A stretch of DNA of 64,000 bases from an uncultured bacterium (GCA_963729625.1 CAVSOU010000015.1:38375-102374); one strand, 5' to 3'. Counted from the first letter of the stretch, positions 51,042 through 62,618 are shown. The notes: a model not told the origin generated them from the sequence alone. Numbers and translations: made by a program.

Positions 51042-51342
51042 GCTGGTGTCTCCTTGCGCCATCGTTCGACCTGCGCCCGGTTCATCGGCATCATGTATCT
51101 CTACGTTACCTGCTTTCTATCTTACGCACGGCAGATCGGTGCGCGCCTATTCCTCTCTTCCCCTTCGCTCGCCCCTCCACTCCGGGGGGCTACCCGACGA
51201 ACTCACCATCGACCCACCGGTACCAGGCAGAATTGCGGCCCGGGCCAGGGGCAAAGAGTAGTAGACTGTTCTCAGGGCCTGGCTGCAAGATCTTGCCAGG
51301 AATCCGGTCAACTGAGTCCGCCTGTACAGAGAGAAGGTCGCC

Positions 51343-52305
51343 ATGTACGCTCGCAAACTCGGCCGTACCGGTCTCAAGGTGTCACCTCTTTGCCTCGGCA
51401 CCATGCAGTTCGGTTGGACTGCCGATGAGACAGTCTCCTTCGCCGTGCTCGACATGTACGTCGAGGCCGGCGGCAACTTCATCGATACGGCCGACGTCTA
51501 CAGGCACTGGACCGAGGGAACTTCCGGCGGTACGTCCGAGCAGATAATCGGCCGCTGGATGCGCGCGCGCGGCAACCGGGAGAGCATCGTGCTCGCGACG
51601 AAAGTGCGCGGCCAGATGGGACCGGGTCCAAACGATCAGGGACTCTCGCGCCGCCATATCGTCGGCGCCGTCGAGGCATCGCTTCGCCGGCTACAGACGG
51701 ACTTCATCGATCTGTACCAGGCGCATTTTGACGACGAGGACACGCCACCTGACGAGACGATGAGCGCGTTCGACGACCTCGTGCACCAGGGCAAGGTCCG
51801 CTACGTTGGGGCGTCGAACTACAGTGCCTGGCGGCTGACTCGCGCTCTATGGGAGAGTGAGAAACACGGACTCGTTCGCTACGAGAGTCTGCAGCCGCAT
51901 TACAACCTGGCGCATCGGGAGGAGTTCGAGCGTGAGCTGGAGCCGCTGTGCCGCGAGCAGCATATCGCGGTGATACCCTACTCCCCGCTTGCCGCAGGCT
52001 TTCTTTCGGGAAAATACCGGCTGGGCCAGCCGTTGCCCGAGAGCGCGAGGACGGACAGGATCGTCAAGAGCTACATGAACGAGCGAGGAATGAAAGTGCT
52101 GGCGGCGCTTGACCGGGCCGCCTCGCAGCATGAGGCGACGGTTGCGCAGGTCGCGCTGGCCTGGCTCCTGGCTCGCCCGACGATCACGGCGCCTATCGTC
52201 GGCGCAAATACGCCGGATCAGCTACGCGAGCTGTTGCCGGCCACGGAGATCAATCTCTCCCTCGAGGCGATACAGGCGATCGACGAGGCGAGTGCCTGGA
52301 CCTGA
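51343..52305 (+). CDS. Aldo/keto reductase
   Basis: [51 protein letters not shown]. Confidence 0.95.
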   Translation: MYARKLGRTGLKVSPLCLGTMQFGWTADETVSFAVLDMYVEAGGNFIDTADVYRHWTEGTSGGTSEQIIGRWMRARGNRESIVLATKVRGQMGPGPNDQGLSRRHIVGAVEASLRRLQTDFIDLYQAHFDDEDTPPDETMSAFDDLVHQGKVRYVGASNYSAWRLTRALWESEKHGLVRYESLQPHYNLAHREEFERELEPLCREQHIAVIPYSPLAAGFLSGKYRLGQPLPESARTDRIVKSYMNERGMKVLAALDRAASQHEATVAQVALAWLLARPTITAPIVGANTPDQLRELLPATEINLSLEAIQAIDEASAWT

Positions 52306-52527
52306 CGCGCCGCAGGCAGGCCAGGTTGAGGATGGACCTCCAGCCGGGGGTGCGCAGCACACCGCCGCGGGTCGCGGACGGTAGGACCATCCACCTTTGT
52401 GGGATGCGCGGCACACCGGCTGGGCCGGCCGGTCTTCGGGCCGTGTTTATGCGTGCTGGTGGACAGCGGACTACGATGAACCAGCGCGCCCATAGAGGTC
52501 GCGCGGAGACGCGGCAGCACAGATCGG

Positions 52528-52561
52528 CGAGGGCGGCGGTCAGGGCTCACCGCCGCCCTCG
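52528..52561 (-). terminator. 13-bp hairpin between convergent AKR and mscL genes
   Basis: CGAGGGCGGCGGT-8 nt-ACCGCCGCCCTCG. Confidence 0.55.
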
Positions 52562-52591
52562 TCCTCGCTTGTCAGGTTCTGGTTGGTGCGC

Positions 52592-53008
52592 TCAGGCCGC
52601 CTTGAGATCGGAGGTGCAGAACGCGCAGCGGGTCGCCGCCGCCGGCACCGAGCTGAGGCAGAACGGGCAGTCCTTGGTCGCAGGCGGGGCGGGGACCGCT
52701 TCGGCCTTGCGCTTGGACAGGAAGTAATTCAGCGGCTTCACCACGAGGAAGAAGATCGCCGCGGCGATAATCACGAAGGCGATCACGACGTTGATGAAAT
52801 CGCCATAGCGGAAGATGCTGCCATTAATCGTGAAGGTCAGGTTCGAGAAGTCCGCCTTTCCCGGGATGGAGATGATTGGGGTGATGATGTCCTTCACCAG
52901 GGCGTTCACCACAGCAGAAAAGGCAGCGCCAATCACCACTGCTATCGCCAGGTCCACCACGTTGCCGCGAAGAATGAACGTCTTGAACTCACTGGCCCAG
53001 TTGCCCAT
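52592..53008 (-). CDS. mscL: Large-conductance mechanosensitive channel with C-terminal CxxC..CxxC tail
   Basis: EFK.FILRGNVVDLAIAVVIGAAF, YGDFIN; CPFCLS..RCAFC. Confidence 0.96.
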   Translation of the reverse strand: MGNWASEFKTFILRGNVVDLAIAVVIGAAFSAVVNALVKDIITPIISIPGKADFSNLTFTINGSIFRYGDFINVVIAFVIIAAAIFFLVVKPLNYFLSKRKAEAVPAPPATKDCPFCLSSVPAAATRCAFCTSDLKAA

Positions 53009-53282
53009 AGTCTTCTCCTCCGCATTCCCTGGCTAGGCCGGCAAGGGGGCAGCCTGATCCGCTAGAGGCGGACCATCTCGGAACGCCGCAGTGGCCGGCA
53101 GCCTCTTTCGCAGTGTACCACGGCCTCGCTACTACCATGTCGCCTCGAGCTGTGTCGGGGTGCACGTGGAGAATGTGACCGCTGGGTTCCTGGGAACGCT
53201 CACGTTGCCGATCACTTTTTCAAGCCGCGCCCGCTGTATCACAGCACATGACCGTGGCTGCCTTGTCCACCATCTCTGGCAG

Positions 53283-53936
53283 TCATCCGCCCGTTTGCAT
53301 GGCAATGCGGTCGGCGCCGGAGAGGTGGTCCGGCACGCCAATGCTCCGCAGGAGCAGCTGGCGCAAGGCAGGAAGCGTTGCCTCCAGCGCCTCCGGCGCG
53401 GAACCCGCGTCGAGCAGCCAGCGCAGCACCACCTCGTTGATAGCGCCCAGCCATACGCAGGCAGCCACGCCGGTGTCGAGCGGCGCGATCGCGCCCTCGG
53501 CCACAGCCTGCGCGAGGTACGATTCGATGATGCCCACGAACACACCGCGTGCCGCGCGCACCTCCTGGTCGAAGGGCGGACCCAGGCCGCTCGTCTCCAC
53601 CAGCAGCAGGTGTGTCAAGCCGCGGTGAGCGGAGAACGTGCGGATGACCACCGTCAGGGCAGCATCGACGCGAGCCAGCGCGCCGTGCTCGCGCGCGATG
53701 GCCGCTTGCACGTCGTTTACGAGCACGGTTACCAACTCGGCAATCAGCGCTTCGAAGATCGCCCGCTTATTGGCGAAGTGGAAGTAGACACCCCCCTTGG
53801 AGCTGCCGGCCAGGCGTGCAATCTCGTCGACGCTGGTCGTGCCGTAGCCGCGTTCCGCGAAAACAGACATGGCGGCCTGAAGTATTCGCTCCCGGGTGGC
53901 GGCCTTGTCTCGAGGGACTCGCGTCGTCGCGCTCAT
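53283..53936 (-). CDS. TetR/AcrR family transcriptional regulator
   Basis: RERILQAA..VFAERGY..TSVDEIARLAGSSKGGVYFHFANK. Confidence 0.95.
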   Translation of the reverse strand: MSATTRVPRDKAATRERILQAAMSVFAERGYGTTSVDEIARLAGSSKGGVYFHFANKRAIFEALIAELVTVLVNDVQAAIAREHGALARVDAALTVVIRTFSAHRGLTHLLLVETSGLGPPFDQEVRAARGVFVGIIESYLAQAVAEGAIAPLDTGVAACVWLGAINEVVLRWLLDAGSAPEALEATLPALRQLLLRSIGVPDHLSGADRIAMQTGG

Positions 53937-53938
53937 CG

Positions 53939-54718
53939 CTATGTGATGGCCACGTGGATGGCAATGGTGCCGAAGTTCAGCAGCCGGTAGCGCACCTGGC
54001 GGAAGCCCGCGCCCGCCATCATCTCACCCAGAGCGCCAGCGTCCGGAAAACTCGTGAGCGAATGCGGCAGGTACGTGTAGGCGGCTCGATCCCCGGAGAG
54101 CAGCGCACCGAGCAGCGGCGCGAAGTAGAAGAAATAGAGGTTGAAGGGCAGTCGAATGACGGCCGACCGCGCATGTGTCAACTCCAGGCAGACCAGGCGC
54201 CCGCCCGGTTTGAGCACGCGCCGCATTTCATGCAGGCCTCGCTGAAGGTCGGCCAGATTGCGCATACCGAAAGAGATGGTGACCGCGTCAAAGCTCTCAT
54301 CTGCATAGCGAAGGCGAAGCGCATCGCCCACAAGGAAAGACGGCACAGCATCCAGGCCCCTGGCAAACCCGCTGCGCGCCGCCGCTTGGGCCTGCGCCGC
54401 CACGATCATCGGCTCACAGAAGTCGAGTCCGTCGATTCGCGCCCTTGGCGTTCGCCGAGCCAGAGCAAACGCTACCGCACCCGTGCCCGTGGCCACGTCG
54501 AGTGCGCGACCCCCCGCCGGCACCGCGGCGACGTTCGCCACCATCCGCCGCCAGCGGCGATCCTGGCCAAAGGTAGACAGCGAATTGAAGAGATCGTAGC
54601 GTGGCACGATGCGCGCAAAGAGCGAGCGCACGTACTCGGCGCGCTCTGTGCCCGTCAGGTGCGCACCGCGATCGCCCGATACCGGTCCGGACTGCGGTTC
54701 CCAGTGTGGTCGTGGAAT
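53939..54718 (-). CDS. menG: Demethylmenaquinone methyltransferase (start uncertain: ATT 54718 or GTG 54631)
   Basis: F..I..RYDLFN...FGQDRRWRR, LDVATGTG, GDAL.L, FGMRN, RVLKPGG, AYTYLP.S. Confidence 0.9.
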   Translation of the reverse strand: MPRPHWEPQSGPVSGDRGAHLTGTERAEYVRSLFARIVPRYDLFNSLSTFGQDRRWRRMVANVAAVPAGGRALDVATGTGAVAFALARRTPRARIDGLDFCEPMIVAAQAQAAARSGFARGLDAVPSFLVGDALRLRYADESFDAVTISFGMRNLADLQRGLHEMRRVLKPGGRLVCLELTHARSAVIRLPFNLYFFYFAPLLGALLSGDRAAYTYLPHSLTSFPDAGALGEMMAGAGFRQVRYRLLNFGTIAIHVAIT

Positions 54719-55007
54719 GGGACGTGCACCTCCTCAGGCTGCAAACATGATACACGCATAGAGCGGCGACGGCTTCACTCATGCCGCGCTGGCCTGCCAG
54801 GCGTGTGCTTGACACAGGTGCTATGCGGTGCGCAGTCACCTGCCGGGGCGCGGATATCGTATCCGCCGTGCTCGTCGGTCGCGTCTTGCCGCGGGCAGGG
54901 GCTGCCGCGGAAGGCGGCATGCATGCGCAGAGGGTGCCATGTCAGACGCGGCGGCGCCGGTACTTGCCGCGGCGCGGGTAGAATGAGGAAATCAGTGACA
55001 CAAGAGC

Positions 55008-55187
55008 GTGGAGCCTGGGGATATCGTGTTCGGGGACGTCGATGGGGTCTGTATCGTGCCCGCCGCGGCGGCAGAGGAAGCATTTCGCGGCGCCCTCGAA
55101 AAGGTGCGGGGGGAGAACCTGGTGCGGGAAGCGCTCGAAGCCGGCACGAGTGCAGCCGAGATCTTCGCAACCTACGGGATTATGTGA
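55008..55187 (+). pseudogene. C-terminal remnant of an RraA/HMG-aldolase family protein
   Basis: VEPGDIVFGDVDGVCIVP...ALEKVRGENLVREALEAG..AAEIFATYGIM*; not in the supplied ORF track. Confidence 0.75.
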
Positions 55188-55231
55188 AAGTTCCATGAGG
55201 GGGTCCGCCTTTGGAGATGTCGCCGCGGAAT

Positions 55232-56440
55232 ATGCAACCTGACCCAGCACACAAGACAATTGAGCAGCGACTGGCCGCGAGGATGTCCCGGCTTGGCACC
55301 GAGAGCGCCCTCGAGGTGCTCGCCAAGGCCCAGGCCCTGGAGCGGCAGGGACAACATATCATTCACCTGGAGATAGGGGAGCCGGATTTCGATACGCCCA
55401 GGGCAATAGTTGAAGCCGGCGCACAGGCTCTGCGGAACGGCCATACGCACTACACGCCCTCCCCGGGAATACTGCCTCTTCGCCAGGCCATCGCACTGGA
55501 GATGCACCGTAGCCGCGGGCTGGACGTGACCCCAGAGCAGGTTGTCGTGACACCCGGTGGCAAGCCCGTGCTGTTCTTCACCTTGCTGGCGCTGGTCGAC
55601 GACGGTGATGAGGTACTGTGCCCGGACCCCGGCTTCCCAATCTACGAGTCGATGATCCGGTACAGTGGCGGCATTGTCGTCCCCGTTGCACAGCCGGAAG
55701 AACGTGGTTTCCAGCTCGATCTCGATGGGTTGCAGAACGCGGTGACCAGCCGCACCAAGCTGATGATCATCAATTCGCCCGCCAACCCGACCGGCGGTGT
55801 TCTGCAGCAGGACGACCTGCGGCGTATCGCCAGTATCGCGCGTGAGCATGACCTGTTCGTGCTGTCCGACGAGATCTACTCCAGGCTGCTCTACGAAGGC
55901 GTGCATCACAGCATCGCCGCGATCCCGGGCATGGCAGAGCGCACCGTCATCCTGGACGGCTTCTCCAAGACGTACGCCATGACGGGCTGGCGGCTCGGAT
56001 ACGGCGTGTTCCCACCGGCCTTGGCCCCGCATATCGGCAAATTGATGACCAATTCAAACACCTGCACGGCCGCCGCGACGCAGGTCGCCGGCATCGAGGC
56101 GCTCACCATGGATCAGGAACCCGTAACTGCCATGCTCGAGGAGTTCCGAAGGCGGCGGGCTGTGATCGTCGAGGGTCTCAATGCCCTGCCGGGCATATCC
56201 TGCAGCATGCCCTCAGGCGCCTTCTACGCGTACCCCAATATCCAGAAGACCGGAATGCGGTCGGCCGAGCTTGCCACGCTGCTGCTGAACAAGGCGGGCG
56301 TTGCAACGCTGTCCGGCACGTCGTTCGGACCGGCCGGTGAAGGATACCTGCGTCTCTCATATGCAAACTCCATTGCAAACATCGAGGAAGCGTTAGCGCG
56401 AATTCGTCGTGCGTTGGTTGATGTAGCGGGAGGTTGTTAG
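55232..56440 (+). CDS. Class I/II PLP-dependent (aspartate-type) aminotransferase
   Basis: LEIGEPDFDTP, THYT..GI..LR, NSPANPTG, SDEIY, FSKTYAMTGWRLG, GAFY, YLRLSYA. Confidence 0.95.
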   Translation: MQPDPAHKTIEQRLAARMSRLGTESALEVLAKAQALERQGQHIIHLEIGEPDFDTPRAIVEAGAQALRNGHTHYTPSPGILPLRQAIALEMHRSRGLDVTPEQVVVTPGGKPVLFFTLLALVDDGDEVLCPDPGFPIYESMIRYSGGIVVPVAQPEERGFQLDLDGLQNAVTSRTKLMIINSPANPTGGVLQQDDLRRIASIAREHDLFVLSDEIYSRLLYEGVHHSIAAIPGMAERTVILDGFSKTYAMTGWRLGYGVFPPALAPHIGKLMTNSNTCTAAATQVAGIEALTMDQEPVTAMLEEFRRRRAVIVEGLNALPGISCSMPSGAFYAYPNIQKTGMRSAELATLLLNKAGVATLSGTSFGPAGEGYLRLSYANSIANIEEALARIRRALVDVAGGC

Positions 56441-56442
56441 CG

Positions 56443-57429
56443 GTGCCAAAGCCACGCGTATTCCTCACTCGCGAGTTGCCGCCGGACGTCATGACCGCGC
56501 TTCGCGAGCGGTGCGAGCTTAGCGCAAATCTTGCGCCGCGCGTCCTGACCAGGGACGAGCTGATCGCGGGCGCCACCGGCAACGATGGCCTGCTCTGCCT
56601 GCTCACCGACACTATCGACTCCGAGGTGCTCGACGTCCAGCCGCGGCTGAAAGTCGTGAGCAACTATGCAGTGGGTTTCAACAACGTCGACGTGGCGGCG
56701 GCAACTGCCCGCGGCATCCCGGTCACCAACACGCCGGGCGTGTTGACCGAGACAACCGCGGACTTCGCCTGGTCGCTGATGATGGCCGCGGCGCGCCGCG
56801 TGGTCGAGGGCGATCGCTTCGTGCGCGAAGGACGCTTCCAGTTGTGGGAACCGCTGTTGATGCTGGGCGCCGACGTGCACGGCAAGACCCTCGGTCTGGT
56901 TGGAGCCGGGCGCATTGGCCAGGCAATGGCTCGCCGTGCGCGTGGATTTTCCATGCGCGTGCTGTACACCGACGTCGTTGAGCCGGCCGCCGAGGTCGTC
57001 CGCGAGCTGCAGATGGAACGAGTCTCGCTCGAGGATCTGCTGAGCCGATCCGACTTCGTGTCGGTCCACGCGCCATACAGCGCCGAGACGCACCACCTTG
57101 TGGGCGCGGCAGAACTCAGGATGATGCGACCAGGCGCCATCCTGGTCAATACAGCCCGTGGTCCACTCGTCGACGAGACGGCCCTCGTGGAGGCGCTGCG
57201 AAGCCGCGGTATTGCCGGGGCAGGATTGGACGTCTACGAGCACGAGCCGCGCCTGTCCCCCGGGCTAGCGGAACTCGACAATGTGGTACTGGCGCCTCAC
57301 GCCGCCAGCGCGTCGCTGGAGACGCGTACGAAGATGGGGATGGTAGCCGTCGACAACCTGATGGCCGTCCTGGAGGGTGGGCGGGCGCTGTTTACCGTTA
57401 ATCCAGAGGTCTACGAACACGTGAAATGA
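56443..57429 (+). CDS. gyaR: D-glycerate dehydrogenase / glyoxylate reductase
   Basis: AVGFNNVD, TNTPGVLTETTAD, GAGRIG, NTARG, GLDVYEHEP, PHAAS; RBS GGAGG. Confidence 0.92.
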   Translation: MPKPRVFLTRELPPDVMTALRERCELSANLAPRVLTRDELIAGATGNDGLLCLLTDTIDSEVLDVQPRLKVVSNYAVGFNNVDVAAATARGIPVTNTPGVLTETTADFAWSLMMAAARRVVEGDRFVREGRFQLWEPLLMLGADVHGKTLGLVGAGRIGQAMARRARGFSMRVLYTDVVEPAAEVVRELQMERVSLEDLLSRSDFVSVHAPYSAETHHLVGAAELRMMRPGAILVNTARGPLVDETALVEALRSRGIAGAGLDVYEHEPRLSPGLAELDNVVLAPHAASASLETRTKMGMVAVDNLMAVLEGGRALFTVNPEVYEHVK

Positions 57430-57435
57430 GACGCA

Positions 57436-57545
57436 CTATCGATCAGACAGGTGAGAAGCTGCGGGCAGCGCCTCCAGCAGCATGTTCACCAGGAGTTCTC
57501 GCCCGAAGAAGTCACCGGCGTCCGCCCCGGTGAGGACAGCCGCTC
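57436..57545 (-). pseudogene. Possible short remnant of an nSTAND1-type NTPase N-terminus
   Basis: LTGADAGDFFGRELLVNMLLEAL resembles F.E.DA..FFGRE.LV..LL. Confidence 0.45.
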
Positions 57546-57909
57546 TATCTCCAGTTGCATCCCCAATTCCCAGAGCGCTGTAGGCGCTGTTGCCGATGCC
57601 CTCGTGGTCGTCCTGGACGCTTGGCCAGGGGACGGCCGACAACGGCCGTGAAGCCTCAACGCATCAGCCTTGCGCCCGGGGCACAACTAACCACCCTGGC
57701 CGGATCGGCTGCGATATGCAGCGGACATCGCCGCGCAACAGTGATCACGAGAGTGCACCTTCGTGCATGAGCCCGCTCGACGGGTAGTTGGTTTGGCGAA
57801 ATGCCTAACGTCGGGCCCGCGCGAACACAGCGCCGTTGTCTCACATGCTACGCGCGTGACGGTCAGCAACGGGAACGACGCGGGGACAGGTGGCCGGCAC
57901 CGGCACTTG

Positions 57910-60872
57910 TCAACTGAGCGGAGCCAGCAGCTGCTCTGTCTGCTCGACGTCCTTGCGCGCACCCAGGCGTTGGAAGATGGCCAGCGCCGCTTGCAGTCGT
58001 TCTCGCGCAGAGGTGACAGCGCCGCGAGCCAGGTGCAGCCGGCCGTACACCGCCAGCAGCCGCCCCTCGCCATGCGGATACGGCATGGCGCGGGCCAGCG
58101 TCAGCCCCTCCTCCAGCGCCTGCTCCGCGGTGTGCAGATCGCCCTGTCGCAGGGCTATCAGCGCCTGCACCCGCAAGGCGCCCACCAGGGTCAGCCGGTA
58201 CTCCAAAGCACGGGCCCGCGCGATGCCGGCCGCGATCGTCTCAGCGGCCTGCTCGACCTCGCCCAGCTCGAGGTAGGCCCACGCGAGCACCGGCAGCACA
58301 TAGCCGGTCACCTCTCGCTCCTGTACACCCTCCTCGCGATCCAGGAGCGGAAGGAGTCGCGCCCGGGCCATCTCCGGCCGTCCCTCCAGCAGGTCGCGCT
58401 CGGCCAGGTAACTCTGGACTACCCGCTCCTGCACGAGATTGCTGTGCCGCGCGAAGGCGCTACACTCCTCCAGGTAACAGGCCGCCTCCTCCCACTTTCC
58501 CTCGGCCAGGCACAGCCGCCCGCGCTCGAGCAGGAGTCCTGCCTGCTGGACCATCCGCTCGGGGAGCGGCTCGAGTCGCTCGAGATCGCGACGCGCTTGA
58601 CCCCAGTCCCCTTCGAAGAAAGCCACGGCCACGAGCCTTACCGTTGCGTCAATGATCAGCGCCGGATCGCCCAACCGCTCGGCGACGGCGAGCGCGCGGC
58701 AGGCAAGCAGCCCGGCCCTATCGAGCTCGCCACGGTTTTCATGGACGTTCGCGGTGAACGACAGTACGCCGCTGAGGGTGTCGAGCTTACCCGTAGCCTC
58801 GGCCAACCGACCGGCCTCCTGGAACGCCGCCAGGGCCTCATCGTCCCGCCCCAGCAGCGAAAGCATCCAGCCGCGCAGCCACTCAGCCTCGGCCAGCAGC
58901 CCGCGATCACCCACCGCACGGGCTATCTCAGCAGCCCGGATGACGGTTGCCATGCCTTCACGGCGCTGCGCGAGTCCGAAGTGAAGGCGGACCAGGGCGC
59001 AGTACGCCGCAGCCAGGCTCTGGGAGGGTCCCCGCGCCTCCAGCGGCTCCAGCACCGGCAGCAGGCAAGCGAGACCTGACTCGAAGTCGCCCTGCGTCCA
59101 GCGGTCGGCATGCACGTTCGCGCGGGCCGCCAGCACCCGTCCGCAGGCCCTCGACGTCCCCGGCCACGCGAAGCGCCTCGGCCGCTTGCTCCAGCACCGC
59201 TAGCGCCGCGCTCGTTTGCCCGGCCCTTGCCAGCACGCCGCCCAGCTTCTCCCGGATCCGCGCCGCCTCGACCGGGCGGCCCAGCCCATCCAGGCGGGTG
59301 ATCGCCTCCCGGTAGTATCCCTCCGCGGCGCCATGGGCCGCCTGGTCCCGCGCCGCGTCACCGGCTTGCTCCCAGTACGGCACTGCTCGCTCCGGCACAT
59401 CGCTGCGCCCGTAGTGGTAGGCCAGCACATCGGGTGGTGTAGCTTCGGGACGCCCCTCGAGCGCTTCGGCCGTCTGCCGGTGCAGCAATCGCCGCCGCGC
59501 CTGCCCCAGGTCGCTCTCCGCCACCTCGCGAATCACGTCGTGGACGAACCCGTAGGCGTCGTCGCCCACCTCCTCCAGCAACCCGGCCCGGCAGGCCTGC
59601 TCCAGGGCCTCGATCACCTCTGACTCCGGGCGGGCCAGCACGCGCCAGCAATAGCGCGCGCGGCGTCACCCGCCCGGCCACGGCTGCCGCGGCCAGCAGC
59701 GCCTGTCCCGCCTCCGGCAGCGCCCGTATCCGCCGCCGCAGACTCTGCCGCAGGTCCCAGGGCAGGCCCGCGGAGGCCGGCTCCGCACCGCCCTCGCCCT
59801 CCAGACTCCTGGCGTAGCTCACCAGGAAGAAGGGCACGCCACCCACCCGCCGCACCACCTGGGCCGCCGCTGCCCGCGCTATCCCCTCCTGGCCTCCGAG
59901 CAGCGAGGCAACCAGATCTTCCGCCTCATGGTCGGCCAGCGGCCCGAGCATGTGCAGAGTGGCCAGTTGGGCCTCGGCCAGCTCGGCACAGGTAACCGCG
60001 AGGGGGTGGTTTGCTGTCATCTCCGTGGTCCGGTAGGCGCCGATCACCCGCAGTGGCCTGCCGGCGGTGCGCACGAGCGTGACCAGCAGCTCCAGCGCGT
60101 CGGCAGCCGCCCACTGCAGGTCGTCCAGCACCAGCACGGTCCCTGCCGGCCCCGCCACGTTGGCCAGCAGCCTGGCTACCGCCCGAAACAGCAGCCGCCG
60201 CTCCTGCTCAGGCGTGACAACCCAGCGCGGCAGCGGCTCGATCGGCCCCTCTGCCAGCTCGGGCAGCAGGCGGACCAGCCAGGCGCAGCCCTGCAGGTCC
60301 GCGCGCAGCTGGACCGGCGACCGGGTGCGCACGTGCTGCTCCAGCGCCTCGAGCAGGGGAGCATACGGCGCCTGACCGCCCTGTCGATGGCAGCCGCCCT
60401 CCAGCACCCGCCAGCCTGCCGCCGGGGCCTGCTGCGCGGCGTGCTGCAGCAGGCGCGACTTGCCGATGCCGGGCTCACCCGCATACAGCAGTACCGGCGG
60501 CCCTTCCCCGGCAAGGTGCTTCTCCAGCAGCGCCAGCTCACGCCGTCGCCCCACCAGGGGTGGCCGGCTGCCCTGGTCACGCGGCTCGACCCTGGGCGGC
60601 GGTGGCGCGGCGGGCGGCTCGGACGCGGCGACCGTCCGGCGACGCGGTGCGGGTCCCGCGGAGGCCAGAAACGCCGGGTCCGCGGACTCGGGCAGGCCCA
60701 GCGCCCCTGCCAGCCGCCTGGCCGTCTCGCGCTGCGGCTTGCTTTCGCCACGCTCCAGCGCCTGGATGCCGCGCGCACTCACCCCGGCCCGCTCGGCCAG
60801 GGCTTCCTGCGTCAGCCCCGCCGCCAGCCGCTGCTCCCTGAGCTGCTCACCGAAGGATCGGGTGGTCTCCAC
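57910..60872 (-). CDS. XRE HTH - AAA ATPase - TPR regulator (frameshifts near 59641 and 59140)
   Basis: FGEQLR..RLAAGLTQEALAERAGVS..LERG; LVGRRREL, GEPGIGKSRL, LVLDDLQWA, GVPFF, F.HDVIRE; TPRs; RBS GAAGG. Confidence 0.9.
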
Positions 60873-61270
60873 CTTCGTGCGCGGTCCCCGTCGTGGGTGT
60901 CAAGCTCGCCGTGCGCAGCTGCGCTTCCGCCACGCGAGGGCGCTTGCCGTGATCATAGCACTGCTTCGAGCGCGAGCGCTGCGCCGGCGGCGAGCGTGGT
61001 TGGCGAAGCGTTAGGCGCAGCATGTCGCCCGTCGCCACAGACCTGCGGGTACCGCTTCCGGTCTGCGTGGCCCGCGCCACTCCGACCGTCTAGGCTGGCG
61101 GTATCGACGGAATCGGGACCACCGGTCGGCGGTGGGCCGGGGCAATTTGGAACAGCCAGCCCGCCGGCGGGCTCAAGCAGCCGGCGGCTCCGCAAGTCGC
61201 ACCGCGCGGAAGTGGCTCCGCCGGCTTCGAGGCAGCCTCAATGCGCGCCACGCGCGAAAGGACTCCTACC

Positions 61271-62601
61271 ATGAACGCGATTCGCCGCATGCTTCCGTCC
61301 ATCCTGCTGGTGGGCAGCCTGTCCGCCTCCGTACCTGCAGTCGCTGCTCCGGCACTCCACCAGATGACTGCGCCGGCTCGTTTCGGCACCATACTGCCGG
61401 ACCGCTACCAGCCATTGGCCGGACTGAGCCGTACCCAGGCGCCTGAGGCGACGACGCGACGGCCCGTTGGCAGCAGCAGGCAGAGCTCACGGCGAGAGAT
61501 GGCGCACCCGGCGACCACCTGGGCGGTCCGGTGGCGCTGAGCGGCGATACCGCCCTGGTAGGCGCCTGGGACAAGAACCACGGTGCCGGCGCAGCCTACG
61601 TCTTCGTGCGCACTGGCAGCAGTTGGGCCCAGAGTGCAAAATTCGTCAACGCCGACGGCAAGCCGGGAGACTGGTTCGGCGTCTCGGTGTCGTTGAGCGG
61701 CGACACCGCCCTGGTGGGGGCGCCGATGGCCCGCCATACCGGCGCAGCCTACATCTTCGTGCGTGACGGAGGCCGTTGGACGCCGCAGGCCAGGCTTACC
61801 GCGAGCGATGGCGCGCCGTGCGACTGGTTCGGCCGCAGGGTGGCGCTGAGCGGGAATACTGCCTTGGTGGGCGCGTGGTACAAGAACGACGACACCGGCG
61901 CCGCCTACGTCTTTGTGCGGCACGCAGGGCACTGGACCCAGCAAGCCAAGCTCACGGCTGGCGATGGCTTCGCGGAGGACTACTTCGGCACTTCTGTGGC
62001 GCTGAGCGGCGATACTGCCCTGATCGGAGCCGCCGGCAGCAACAACAACGCCGGGGCGGCCTATGTCTTCCAGCGGCACGGCAGCCAGTGGACACAACAG
62101 GCTGTGCTCACCGCTGCCGACGGCAAGGCGGGCGACACGTTTGGCGCCTCGCTGGCCCTGAGCGGTGAGACCGCCCTGGTCGGTGCAGGGTTCGCCAACC
62201 GCACCGCCGGAGCGGCCTACGTATTCGTACGCGATGGACCCCGCTGGGTCCAGCAGGCCAGACTGACGGCCACCGATGGTGTGGCGGCCGACTGGTTCGC
62301 CGTCTCGGTGGCGCTGAGCGGGGCCACCGCCGTGGTAGGCGCGTGGTACAAGAACCACGACGCCGGGTCCGCGTACGTGTTCGCCCGGCGCGGCGAGCAC
62401 TGGTCCCAGCAGGCCAAGCTTACGGCGGTCAACGGGACAGCGGGAGACTACTTCGGCACCTCGGTGGCCCTGAACGCGAGCACCGTCCTGGTCGGTGCGG
62501 GGTTCAAGCACAACGCCACCGGAGCCGCCTACGCCTTCAGCCTGGCTCGCGGCACGCTCCCTGCAGTTCAGACCGGCATTCCCTGCGGAAGCTGCGTCTG
62601 A
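61271..62601 (+). CDS. Secreted FG-GAP repeat seven-bladed beta-propeller protein (frameshifts in the N-terminal part)
   Basis: RBS AAAGGA; signal peptide MNAIRRMLPSILLVGSLSASVPAVAA; seven V(A/S)LSG.TALVGA...GAAYVF..W.QQAKLTA.DG units. Confidence 0.88.
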
Positions 62602-62618
62602 GTACAGGCGATGTCCCC

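Noticed and set aside
57763-61274. Long antisense ORFs (e.g. 57763-59079, 59928-61274; similarly 61405-62913, 53816-55198, 48362-49771)
   Set aside because: Shadow or alternative-frame ORFs expected in high-GC coding DNA; the overlapping frame carries the recognisable domains
61531-62540. Regularly spaced GTGGCGCTGAGCGG repeats as CRISPR or DGR template/variable repeats
   Set aside because: They are coding FG-GAP blades; no reverse transcriptase and no adenine-specific variation seen
12571-62601. Frameshifts in malL, the cNMP gene, cyclase, adhesin, NTT, patB, cydB, XRE-STAND and FG-GAP genes as programmed frameshifting or true pseudogenes
   Set aside because: They are single-base indels, several in short homopolymers (e.g. 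TATCCCGCGG, CAGGGGGCTG), without accompanying in-frame stops or a shared slippery motif; cydB beside intact cydA is affected too. Sequencing error is the simplest explanation, pending read polishing.
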